From: a virus | Taxonomy: Duplodnaviria > Caudoviricetes | Length of the DNA: 64,000 nt | Reading direction: 5' to 3' (one strand) | Virus record (IMG/VR): IMGVR_UViG_3300044719_000048 | Location: 125,545-189,544 of that record | Shown: positions 36,868 through 44,662 of the stretch, piece by piece | How the letters are laid out: each line of letters starts with the position of its first letter | Numbering within the stretch: position 1 is the first letter of the stretch | Made by a program: the position numbers and the translations under genes | Notes under the pieces: model-generated | Database searches by the model: none | The model's input: the letters and a program-made list of their open reading frames with translations, nothing else | Told to the model about the DNA's origin: nothing

Positions 36868-37386
36868 ATGCTGGTCAATCGCTTATACGTCGTGCCAACC
36901 GAGGAGACTGCCGCCTACTTGAGCGCAGTCATGGCCGGTGCTCCAATCGACATTGACATGACGGAGTTCAAGGTCGAGGTCACCTCAACCGAAGATGCGC
37001 TGGAGATCGATCCGTCTAGGGTCTACACGGCGCAGGCCATCAACGTCAACGTGTTCTACGATTCGTACTTGCAGCGATCCAACCTGATCGCCACAATGGT
37101 CAGTTCCGATCTGCAGGATCGAGCACGTGAGCTGAATCAGGAAGGTGTAGTGCGCGCATTTTACGACTGGTACATCCCGTACATGGTGATTCGTCGTGGC
37201 GTGCCCCCGCTGAGTCGACACTTCCGCACCTGGAAGGTCTCGGTCGCCAACGCTATATGCCAGAACGAGCGGCCGCTGTCTTTCACTGGCGAGCACGTCG
37301 TGCAGGAAGACCTGATGGCCTATCCTGACTTTGACTACATTCAGGCGATGGCTGCCGAGTTGCAGCTGCGGCACAACAGTGGCTAA
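36868..37386 (+). CDS. 2H-phosphoesterase-fold (T4 gp57B/Acb1-like) protein lacking catalytic His
   Basis: AAGGAG SD; SSDLQDR...G....DWYIPYMVI parallels the Acb1 C-terminal half. Confidence 0.5.
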   Translation: MLVNRLYVVPTEETAAYLSAVMAGAPIDIDMTEFKVEVTSTEDALEIDPSRVYTAQAINVNVFYDSYLQRSNLIATMVSSDLQDRARELNQEGVVRAFYDWYIPYMVIRRGVPPLSRHFRTWKVSVANAICQNERPLSFTGEHVVQEDLMAYPDFDYIQAMAAELQLRHNSG

Positions 37387-37837
37387 GAATCACCCTCGCA
37401 GTATCATCCTGCCTCACTGCTGGGTGTGCGAGGTAAAGTTCGTGGGTTCAGGTGGCACCGAGCAGCGACACGATCATCACGTCTTTCCGCAAGCGTACGG
37501 AGGCGTGGACGGACCAGAGGTCAGTGTCTGCGATTCGCATCACTCCAAGCTGCATCGCATTGCTGAATGCCTGATTCACGAAAAGCCGTATCACCAATAC
37601 TTGAGGGGTGAGCCTCAAGAGCGCGTCAAGAAACTTCTGTACTTGGCAACGCGCATTCACCAAATGTACCTGGTGGTGAAGAACGATCCGAACAAGGCCA
37701 CGAGCACCACGCTGACGCTCACGGCCCGTTCTCAGAAAATGATTGATCAGCTCAAGCCCGTGCTTGGCGTTCGATCCCGGGAAGCCGTTTTACTAAAGGC
37801 GCTAGAACTACTCTACAGCCGCCACTTTGTTCGATGA
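37379..37837 (+). CDS. HNH-like Zn-binding protein
   Basis: CWVC...HDHHVFPQAYGG...VCDSHHSKLH. Confidence 0.7.
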   Translation: MAKNHPRSIILPHCWVCEVKFVGSGGTEQRHDHHVFPQAYGGVDGPEVSVCDSHHSKLHRIAECLIHEKPYHQYLRGEPQERVKKLLYLATRIHQMYLVVKNDPNKATSTTLTLTARSQKMIDQLKPVLGVRSREAVLLKALELLYSRHFVR

Positions 37838-37907
37838 AAGGAACAGACCTCATAGTCTCCGCAGTATCAGTACACCCTTCCGATTCCTACAAGCACAATC
37901 AATAAAC

Positions 37908-38612
37908 ATGGCTATCAAAAAAGAAAATCTAGGGAGCCTGTCCTCGGTCTCCCTGTCCGAAACGTACAAATGCAGTGAATGTCTCCACCATGCGAGGCAT
38001 GCCCATCCGCAGTTCAAGACCGTATGCAAAGAGCGCGGCATCAAAGGCGTTGCATTAGCCCCGACGTGCTTTACCCCGGACGTGAGCATCATTGCGTCTA
38101 ACTCTGACGCATTCGTTCAACTGGCAACGTTGGTTGGAGAATACACGCCGCGCCAGCGCCGGATTCTCATCGCTCTCATGAAAGCCAAGCCGATCTCGAA
38201 GAAGCGGTTCACGCGAGCGCTGGCGTTCGGCACCAAGGTGTTTTTCTTGGGTATGGGCGCCGACTACATCAGCAACTACCTTTCAGGGTACGTCGTGGGT
38301 CTGACTTCGACCGGCGAGCTGATTATCACCGGGTCACCTGACCGCAATACGCGGGGCAAGTCGTACATGGCGTACATGACTGATGACGACAACCTGATGA
38401 CGCCCGTGGAGTGGAAGAAAAAGAAGGCGGAGCTCAAATCGCATGGTCGGATCTACGATCCGAAGATGAAGGGGCTGCCGAGGCAGACCGACGTGGAGCA
38501 GGTGCCCACCATTGACAACGCACCGTCTGCTTGGTACGACAAGCAGGAGAAGAAAAAGAAGAAAGGTGTGAAGGATCTGACCGACATGGTCTTCAATGTC
38601 AGTGGGAGGTAA
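37908..38612 (+). CDS. Cys-containing hypothetical protein
   Basis: CSECLH...C...CF; in-frame ATG at 37908. Confidence 0.7.
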   Translation: MAIKKENLGSLSSVSLSETYKCSECLHHARHAHPQFKTVCKERGIKGVALAPTCFTPDVSIIASNSDAFVQLATLVGEYTPRQRRILIALMKAKPISKKRFTRALAFGTKVFFLGMGADYISNYLSGYVVGLTSTGELIITGSPDRNTRGKSYMAYMTDDDNLMTPVEWKKKKAELKSHGRIYDPKMKGLPRQTDVEQVPTIDNAPSAWYDKQEKKKKKGVKDLTDMVFNVSGR

Positions 38613-39612
38613 TGTGCTTACCGAAGTCCTTGGAGTCAAGACACTCAAAGTGGTGCCGCCGTTGTTCGCCTACCTGTTCTACAAGATTGACCAGAAGGAG
38701 TTCCTGGCCTACATCGAAGACAATGGCATCGTGGAGTCCCGAGAGGAGGCGCTGCGCATCAAAGACGCGGCCCGGGTTAATGGATATGTGCTGAAAAACT
38801 GCAAGCTCTATGCGTGGGCGTGCTGGAGTGCCCGCGTGTTGGAAATGCCGCTGCCTAAGGCCAGTGAGTTTGAGGTCGATGCTGCCGATGCGAAGATTCT
38901 CCGGCGTCTGAATCTCCAGCATCTGGAGGAGCGAACGAAGCAAGGGTTCCCGCGCTATCCGGCGTACACTCTCAAGTCGTTCGATCAACTGACGACGAAG
39001 ATGCTGGCCTCCTCAGACTTGAGGAACTACATCGGTAAGTTCGTGACACGCAAGATGACGTTCCTCATGAAGAGGTCGTATGGAGAAACGCGCTACGACC
39101 TCGAAACCCAGCTGCAGGAGAGCGCACTGCTGGCGTGGTACAAACAGTATCCACGATTCGATTCCGATCTGCATATGGTCAACGTGTCGAAGACGCAGAT
39201 ACACAACACCGGCCACACGATGATCACGTCTCTGACTGCCAAGTCGCGCCAGCGTCTGATTCAGAATGCAGACGGCACGTTCGACGCCGTTCAGGTGGAC
39301 ATTGATGTTCTGGCTGACGTGAGCGCGCCGCCTCAGTACGGGCAAGCACTGCAGGATCATCTGCAAGCCTTGTCAGCAATCGAGCACAAGCTGAATCAGC
39401 GTGCGAAGGAATTCCTACTGTGCGCCGCGGGGCAGTATCATGAGGGCCTGTCCCGGTTCCTGAAGGTGCGCAACGATGAGGCTGCGGAAGAGTGGCCGTA
39501 CGCTCGGTATATGGCTCAGTGCCAAAAGTTTTTCGAGACGACTCCTGAGAGAGTTGAGAAGTTGTTTTCATCCATTCGTAGATATGCGTATCACACCAAT
39601 GTAGCGAGGTGA
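38596..39612 (+). CDS. probable divergent sigma70-family factor
   Basis: Region-2-like DLETQLQESALLAW..YPRFD; region-4-like LNQRAKEFL...ETTPERVEKL. Confidence 0.5.
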   Translation: MSVGGNVLTEVLGVKTLKVVPPLFAYLFYKIDQKEFLAYIEDNGIVESREEALRIKDAARVNGYVLKNCKLYAWACWSARVLEMPLPKASEFEVDAADAKILRRLNLQHLEERTKQGFPRYPAYTLKSFDQLTTKMLASSDLRNYIGKFVTRKMTFLMKRSYGETRYDLETQLQESALLAWYKQYPRFDSDLHMVNVSKTQIHNTGHTMITSLTAKSRQRLIQNADGTFDAVQVDIDVLADVSAPPQYGQALQDHLQALSAIEHKLNQRAKEFLLCAAGQYHEGLSRFLKVRNDEAAEEWPYARYMAQCQKFFETTPERVEKLFSSIRRYAYHTNVAR

Positions 39613-39890
39613 TCATGAGCAGCTTGGAGCAACGCCAAACCGAATTCGCTGAGAGCTTCGGCCTTACGCTGGAGCACTACAAGAAGCTGGCGAGTGCGCT
39701 GAATCACACCGAACTTGTCACGTGCTTGGAGCTATTGCGTGCGAAGCGGCATCGATCTGGATTCCGTAGCCACTGCAAAAGCCAAATCCAGCAGTGGCTA
39801 GGCGGCGCGCCTTACCTAAAGCCCTTGTCTCAGCGCCAATTCGAGATGGCGATGCCCAAGTGGCCGATTCACTACACGATACCGACCTGA
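39609..39890 (+). CDS. hypothetical protein
   Basis: Coupled ORF followed by a terminator-like hairpin. Confidence 0.65.
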   Translation: MIMSSLEQRQTEFAESFGLTLEHYKKLASALNHTELVTCLELLRAKRHRSGFRSHCKSQIQQWLGGAPYLKPLSQRQFEMAMPKWPIHYTIPT

Positions 39891-39897
39891 CAAACCT

Positions 39898-39928
39898 AGG
39901 ACAGTGCCTTCGAGTGCTGTCCTTTCTT
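39898..39928 (+). terminator. probable terminator
   Basis: AGGACAG...CTGTCCT stem followed by TTCTT. Confidence 0.55.
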
Positions 39929-39939
39929 CACCTTTGCAA

Positions 39940-39952
39940 GGCTATGAAAACC
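39940..39952 (+). promoter_or_regulatory. CUAUGAAAA motif containing the start codon (copy 10, weak stem)
   Basis: GG-CTATGAAAA-CC. Confidence 0.55.
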
Positions 39953-40129
39953 GTCAAACCCGTAGAGCAGGCAACTGATTCTCAACTGCGTCAGCTTACC
40001 CGTCGCTTTGAAAGCGTCTCGGAATACTCTGGTATAATACAATCGCAGCTACCCCTGGTGACCACTGAGCGAGCGCAGCTGGTCAACCTGTTGAAAGCCA
40101 ACCACATCTTCCAATTCGCAATCCAATAA
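39944..40129 (+). CDS. small hypothetical protein
   Basis: 61-aa ORF starting at the motif AUG. Confidence 0.5.
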   Translation: MKTVKPVEQATDSQLRQLTRRFESVSEYSGIIQSQLPLVTTERAQLVNLLKANHIFQFAIQ

Positions 40130-40143
40130 CAAGAGACCCATAA

Positions 40144-40722
40144 ATGAACATCGACCGACTGCACAACACTCTGCATCTCCTGCGTAACGAAGAAATCGTC
40201 GACTTCGACCTCGCTGGCTTAGTCATCGACGGCAAGCCCGTGTTCGAGATGGGGTCCATCCCTCGTAGCAAGATGCCTCAACTGAAAGGCTTTCCCCGAA
40301 AGGGCTCTATAGCAGAGCATCTGCCCAAAGACAAGCACGGAAAGGTCAACGTCTCTGACGAGTTCCTCAGCTACATGACCAACGTTCAGAAATACGAGTG
40401 CACTTATGATCGGGCACGTGCCTCGCAATTGAGTGGCGCTCAGTCGGAGCTCGTGGCGTTCAAAGTTGCCGCCACAGTGGCGAAGCTCTGGAAGAATCCA
40501 GAGCACAAGAAGTTTCACCAGACCTACATCGTTGACTGCCGGGGCACATTGCTGGATGCGCATCATGGTTGGGCAAGCGTTAGGGTCTACGACCTGCTGC
40601 AAGGCACTGGCGGTGACACCATGCTGACCGTGCTACGGTTCGATTGCTCTATCGAGGAGCTGATCAACGAGGCCCGCAACTTTACTACTATCATCGGTAT
40701 CGAAAACAAGGAGGGTGTATGA
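40144..40722 (+). CDS. ParB/Srx-like domain protein (degenerate)
   Basis: PRSKMPQ, Q.E...KV, and YIVD....LDAHHGWA (cf. DGHHRW). Confidence 0.55.
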   Translation: MNIDRLHNTLHLLRNEEIVDFDLAGLVIDGKPVFEMGSIPRSKMPQLKGFPRKGSIAEHLPKDKHGKVNVSDEFLSYMTNVQKYECTYDRARASQLSGAQSELVAFKVAATVAKLWKNPEHKKFHQTYIVDCRGTLLDAHHGWASVRVYDLLQGTGGDTMLTVLRFDCSIEELINEARNFTTIIGIENKEGV

Positions 40723-41213
40723 CTGGCTTTAACGCGATCGACTTTGACGACCTGGCTGGTGCTCCGAAGATGGACGCGGACGACAGGTGGCCTGAACCTG
40801 AATTGATTCAACGCTTCCACTCCAATTACGAGTATCCGATACTCAACTACCACGCGCAGACCCGTCATTACGAACAGGTGATGAGGCACGCATTCAGAGG
40901 ACTTCGCCTGGAAGTGCTCGATCACGAGCTGAGGCAGCTGACGTTCTATCCGCCGACTGACGAAGTGGACAAGACCACGGGAAGAAGGCTTTCTGTCAAG
41001 AAGACGTTCCCACGCATGTTCCTCAAACTGGAGATGGACGCGTGGATCAAGGAACCGGACCCTATGGTGACTGCTTGGGAACGATTCAAGTTGTGGCTGA
41101 CTCGCAAGCCCCTTCCGAAAGCCGCAGAGCCTGACCGCATAATTGTCTACTACTCGATGTCGCAATTCCAGACAGAAATATTCCGCAGGCTGTGGACCAA
41201 CGACTTCGCCTGA
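40719..41213 (+). CDS. hypothetical protein
   Basis: GGAGG SD; ATGA overlap. Confidence 0.7.
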   Translation: MTGFNAIDFDDLAGAPKMDADDRWPEPELIQRFHSNYEYPILNYHAQTRHYEQVMRHAFRGLRLEVLDHELRQLTFYPPTDEVDKTTGRRLSVKKTFPRMFLKLEMDAWIKEPDPMVTAWERFKLWLTRKPLPKAAEPDRIIVYYSMSQFQTEIFRRLWTNDFA

Positions 41214-41231
41214 CACTTACAAGGACAGAAC

Positions 41232-41567
41232 ATGAGAACAGCAAATTGGGCAGCTGCCGCCGACTACATCAACCAAATGTACGGTCACGGCCTGAACCCG
41301 CCTATGGCGTCACTGGACACTCTGACCATGAGTCAGCCGGGCGTTATCGAGTTCAAGATCAAACGAGGCACGCTCGGCGCCAACACGTTTGTCAGCCTCG
41401 ACCGTCTGGTCAACCGTGTGTCTGCCGTTCACGGAGCGACGCATACGCGGGATCTGCTCCACAACGGGAAGGCCTACATCTGGACCATCACATCAGAGCG
41501 CTCTGTAATCGTGGGCTACCGTAACGGCAAAGGCGTTTATATCCAACTCAAAGACACGGGAAACTGA
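41232..41567 (+). CDS. hypothetical protein
   Basis: AAGGA SD. Confidence 0.7.
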   Translation: MRTANWAAAADYINQMYGHGLNPPMASLDTLTMSQPGVIEFKIKRGTLGANTFVSLDRLVNRVSAVHGATHTRDLLHNGKAYIWTITSERSVIVGYRNGKGVYIQLKDTGN

Positions 41568-41761
41568 AAATGAGACTCGACACTCATCTCTACAATCTAC
41601 TCAAGCAGTACTTCGACGCCAGCTCCATCACCGAAAAGCAACGCCTGCAAGAACTCGCTCTCACACATCTCGAGAAGCGCGATCAGGTGGGCCGCGCCAT
41701 CTCCCTCGACGCATGGGAGACCATCGTCGATGCCTTCGGAACCAACTGAAAGGAAATTCAC

Positions 41762-42046
41762 ATGCAACAGTACATCTTCACCGTGCAGCAACACAAAGAC
41801 GCCCGCTGCCACATTGCAGACGGCAGAGGTATCCCGTTCGAGACGCTCTACTCGTACGCTAACGGCAAGCTCTGCAACGCGGGCTGTGCTTACTTTGAAG
41901 GTGGTCGATGCGCGGCCTACAAGAAACTCGTTGCCGCTGGTGATCGGCCGATCTCGCAAGCACCGACCGAGACCGTACGTCAGCAGGCCGAGCGTATGGG
42001 TATCAGCATCAGCGAAGTCCGCCGTCTTCGCCAACAGCAGAACTGA
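41762..42046 (+). CDS. small Cys-rich protein with HTH-like C-terminus
   Basis: CNAGC...C; VRQQAERMGISISEVRR. Confidence 0.65.
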   Translation: MQQYIFTVQQHKDARCHIADGRGIPFETLYSYANGKLCNAGCAYFEGGRCAAYKKLVAAGDRPISQAPTETVRQQAERMGISISEVRRLRQQQN

Positions 42047-42054
42047 GGACCACT

Positions 42055-42339
42055 ATGAACCGCCCTGAACTCCTGGCCTACACAAGGGCCGTACCGTCCA
42101 CGCCTGCGCTGCGCACCTTGCTGCAAGGTATCGACGAATCTATTGCCGAGGCCAACTCGGCAGTGACTCTCATGAAGACCGTGATCTCGTGCGTCGATAT
42201 GGACGGCGAGAACCTTCGTGAAGCCTCGAACATGGTGCACTATGCTCTCAAGTACGAGAAGGCTCACGCCAAGCTCTCCATTCTGTTCCTGTCTCTCGCC
42301 CAGACTCTGCAAGGTATGGGCCACAACATCGACTACTGA
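42055..42339 (+). CDS. hypothetical protein
   Basis: GAGGA SD. Confidence 0.65.
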   Translation: MNRPELLAYTRAVPSTPALRTLLQGIDESIAEANSAVTLMKTVISCVDMDGENLREASNMVHYALKYEKAHAKLSILFLSLAQTLQGMGHNIDY

Positions 42340-42341
42340 CT

Positions 42342-42671
42342 ATGATTGACACTACTCTCCAAGACTTTCTTCCCAAGACGCTTGATGAGCGTCTGGCCAA
42401 GCTGCGCGAGCGCTTGAATCAAGCCTGGCCTACGTTCTCGACGTGTGGCGGCTATGACAGGAATAGCCTGTATCTCTGTGATCACGAGCAGGGAGCTATG
42501 GTGCGCTTCTATCGTGCAGGTCGACCAATCACGTTCGATCCTGTCGGCGCGGTGAAGCACGGTGCTATGTGGCACCTGAGCGGTCCGATCAACGACGTGA
42601 CGAAATTCAACAACCCGCAGATGCATGCGTATTTGGAATCCAACGAACTGAGCTGGGTGATCATCTTATGA
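42342..42671 (+). CDS. hypothetical protein
   Basis: ORF in the gene run. Confidence 0.65.
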   Translation: MIDTTLQDFLPKTLDERLAKLRERLNQAWPTFSTCGGYDRNSLYLCDHEQGAMVRFYRAGRPITFDPVGAVKHGAMWHLSGPINDVTKFNNPQMHAYLESNELSWVIIL

Positions 42672-42922
42672 AAGACGCAAACGAACTCCTCTACTGGGCC
42701 GCACTCGCGGCAGGCGCACTGGCGTTCCTCGCGTGGCGGCGGCGTCGCAAATCGGATAACCGCGAGTTCAAGGAGGGAGAGGCCGAAGCCAAACGCCTTC
42801 TCAAAGCCGGAGTATTCCCGGCGGCAATCCTGTCCTACATCGAGGTTCAGCGCTCGCGCGGCATGAGTGGTCCGTACGAGATGGGCCTCAAGAAAGCGCT
42901 CTCCAAAGCGGAGGTCGAATGA
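42668..42922 (+). CDS. membrane-anchored small protein
   Basis: N-terminal TM segment followed by RRRRK. Confidence 0.65.
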   Translation: MKDANELLYWAALAAGALAFLAWRRRRKSDNREFKEGEAEAKRLLKAGVFPAAILSYIEVQRSRGMSGPYEMGLKKALSKAEVE

Positions 42923-43404
42923 GTCGCCTGATCTCCGATCAGATCATTGAGCGTTCGCGCTCGATCTGGCGCATGGCCGAAGACCAAGAGCGCTCGGTCA
43001 TTCGGTCGGCGCTACTCGATGTGACTATCGATGCAGCTATGGAGCTGGCGTACAAGTCGATGCAGCTGATCGATCAGTACGCGAGCGTTGGGCCATCACG
43101 CCAGCAACGGGTTATGCGCGATCTCTTGACGCTGTGGCGCAAGCTCGTGCGCAACGTCAAGGCCGTGAACAGCGACCATCCTATAGGCGAGCACCACCTG
43201 TATCTCGTGTTGCTTGACAGCTGGGGCATTCGCATGAACGCCTATGAGAAGTTATTTCCGACGTGCTCCGATGTGAAGCTCCTGTATCACCAGCGCTTTG
43301 GTTTGTGTCAGCCACTCGCTGGACTCGCCGTCGATGCAAAGCGTAAAACACTCGCACGCGCTCGCGTCAGGGAAATCCTTGATGCCTATGCAGGGAACGC
43401 CTAA
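42919..43404 (+). CDS. hypothetical protein
   Basis: GGAGG SD. Confidence 0.7.
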   Translation: MSRLISDQIIERSRSIWRMAEDQERSVIRSALLDVTIDAAMELAYKSMQLIDQYASVGPSRQQRVMRDLLTLWRKLVRNVKAVNSDHPIGEHHLYLVLLDSWGIRMNAYEKLFPTCSDVKLLYHQRFGLCQPLAGLAVDAKRKTLARARVREILDAYAGNA

Positions 43405-43411
43405 ACCTACC

Positions 43412-43460
43412 CAAAAGCCGGGAAAACGATGTGGAAAACCGTCGTTTTCCCGGCCTTTTG
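43412..43460. terminator. long hairpin, possibly a bidirectional terminator
   Basis: CAAAAG-CCGGGAAAACGAT...GTCGTTTTCCCGG-CCTTTTG. Confidence 0.6.
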
Positions 43461-43482
43461 CGCCATATCAGGCGGAAAACTG

Positions 43483-43512
43483 TTGTGTTTCTGGAAAGAG
43501 GTGTGATATACT
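43483..43512 (+). promoter_or_regulatory. sigma70-type promoter
   Basis: TTGTGT-18 bp-TATACT with an extended TG. Confidence 0.7.
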
Positions 43513-43540
43513 GAAAGCGTAGCGTCTCCACAATACAAGC

Positions 43541-43577
43541 TGCTTAAAAATTAAGCAAATTCCCTATGAAAAGGAAT
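43541..43577 (+). promoter_or_regulatory. 17-bp operator (copy 6) plus CUAUGAAAA hairpin (copy 11)
   Basis: TGCTTAA-AAA-TTAAGCA, 1 nt, then ATTCC-CTATGAAAA-GGAAT. Confidence 0.8.
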
Positions 43578-43580
43578 CCC

Positions 43581-44060
43581 ATGAAAATCAAACTGCCCGA
43601 AGGCATCCCCTCTCTCGCCATGTACGAAACCGTATTGCGTCACAGCGTTACCCGCCTCAGTGAACAGCTGGAGGCGGAACGTGCTGAGTTGAAGCGCGTA
43701 CAAACGGCACTTGCCGTTAAGAAGACGCAGGTGCAAGTCAAGGCCAAGAATCCACTGGTCCTCGATTCGTCCAAACCGCTTTCTACCCAAGTGCAAGCCG
43801 TTGCGAAGCACTGCGGCCTCGTGTTCAGTGGTGTCTACAGTGAGAAGACCAAAACCAAAGGTCGCAAGGTCAAGCTGCATATGGTGTATAGCGGCTCGTT
43901 CGCCGGTCCTGTACTCAGCAAAGCAAAGTTCAATGCTTTCGAGGCCGAGCTGCGTAGGGCGATGGAAACATCTGGTGTCACCATCAACTCTGTTGAGTTT
44001 CTTGCGCCGCCAAAAGGGGATTGGCGCAAGACTCCGAGCATCGCCGTCTTCTTCGCCTAA
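43581..44060 (+). CDS. basic hypothetical protein
   Basis: AAGGA SD before ATG 43581. Confidence 0.7.
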   Translation: MKIKLPEGIPSLAMYETVLRHSVTRLSEQLEAERAELKRVQTALAVKKTQVQVKAKNPLVLDSSKPLSTQVQAVAKHCGLVFSGVYSEKTKTKGRKVKLHMVYSGSFAGPVLSKAKFNAFEAELRRAMETSGVTINSVEFLAPPKGDWRKTPSIAVFFA

Positions 44061-44076
44061 CCTACTGGAGTTCATC

Positions 44077-44415
44077 ATGTCTCGTTCTAAATCCCTCACT
44101 GCAAAAACCCATGCCTTCCTGACTCACCTAGGCTTGCATCCAGTAGGCGGCGTCGAGAAGGTCGACAAACTTGAGATCGTGGCTTCCGCCACGCGTGGAA
44201 GCGTTCGGTCCTTCATGAAGACCGCTCTCAGCGGCGGTCAAGGGTCGGTCGGTGACTTTGACCTGCGATTCGGCACTACTGCCATGAGTAGAGGTTATCG
44301 TCGCACGACGGCTACGGTTTATCACAAAGGAACGTGGTTCAAGTTGGGATGGATAACGTTCATCACAGTTCCGCGTTCTCAGGTAGTCAAAGTCATTCTC
44401 AACAACGAGTTCTGA
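44077..44415 (+). CDS. hypothetical protein
   Basis: GGAG SD before ATG 44077. Confidence 0.65.
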   Translation: MSRSKSLTAKTHAFLTHLGLHPVGGVEKVDKLEIVASATRGSVRSFMKTALSGGQGSVGDFDLRFGTTAMSRGYRRTTATVYHKGTWFKLGWITFITVPRSQVVKVILNNEF

Positions 44416-44425
44416 AAGGTATATC

Positions 44426-44653
44426 ATGGCATCCCTCAAACAACACAAAACGACCTCGCGCTTCAAGCGCCGGTATCGCCGCGAAGTCTACAGAGTGATG
44501 CGCGAGTTCCGTCAGAACGAGATGGGCCACTCGCAGAAGATGGTCAGCGACCTGGTGCGTGTGACGCTGCGTCAGCGCTCTGGTCATTTCATGAAGAAAG
44601 GGATTCGTCAGTGCTACGACATGATCCCGGCGGAAGATAAATCGCGTACTTAG
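44426..44653 (+). CDS. Arg/Lys-rich small protein
   Basis: AAGG SD; strongly basic. Confidence 0.6.
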   Translation: MASLKQHKTTSRFKRRYRREVYRVMREFRQNEMGHSQKMVSDLVRVTLRQRSGHFMKKGIRQCYDMIPAEDKSRT

Positions 44654-44662
44654 GAGACTGAT

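Noticed and set aside
40030-40038. TGGTATAAT extended -10 match
   Set aside because: It lies inside ORF 39944-40129, with a 19-bp spacer to TTGAAA and no operator. It could be real but is not supported enough.
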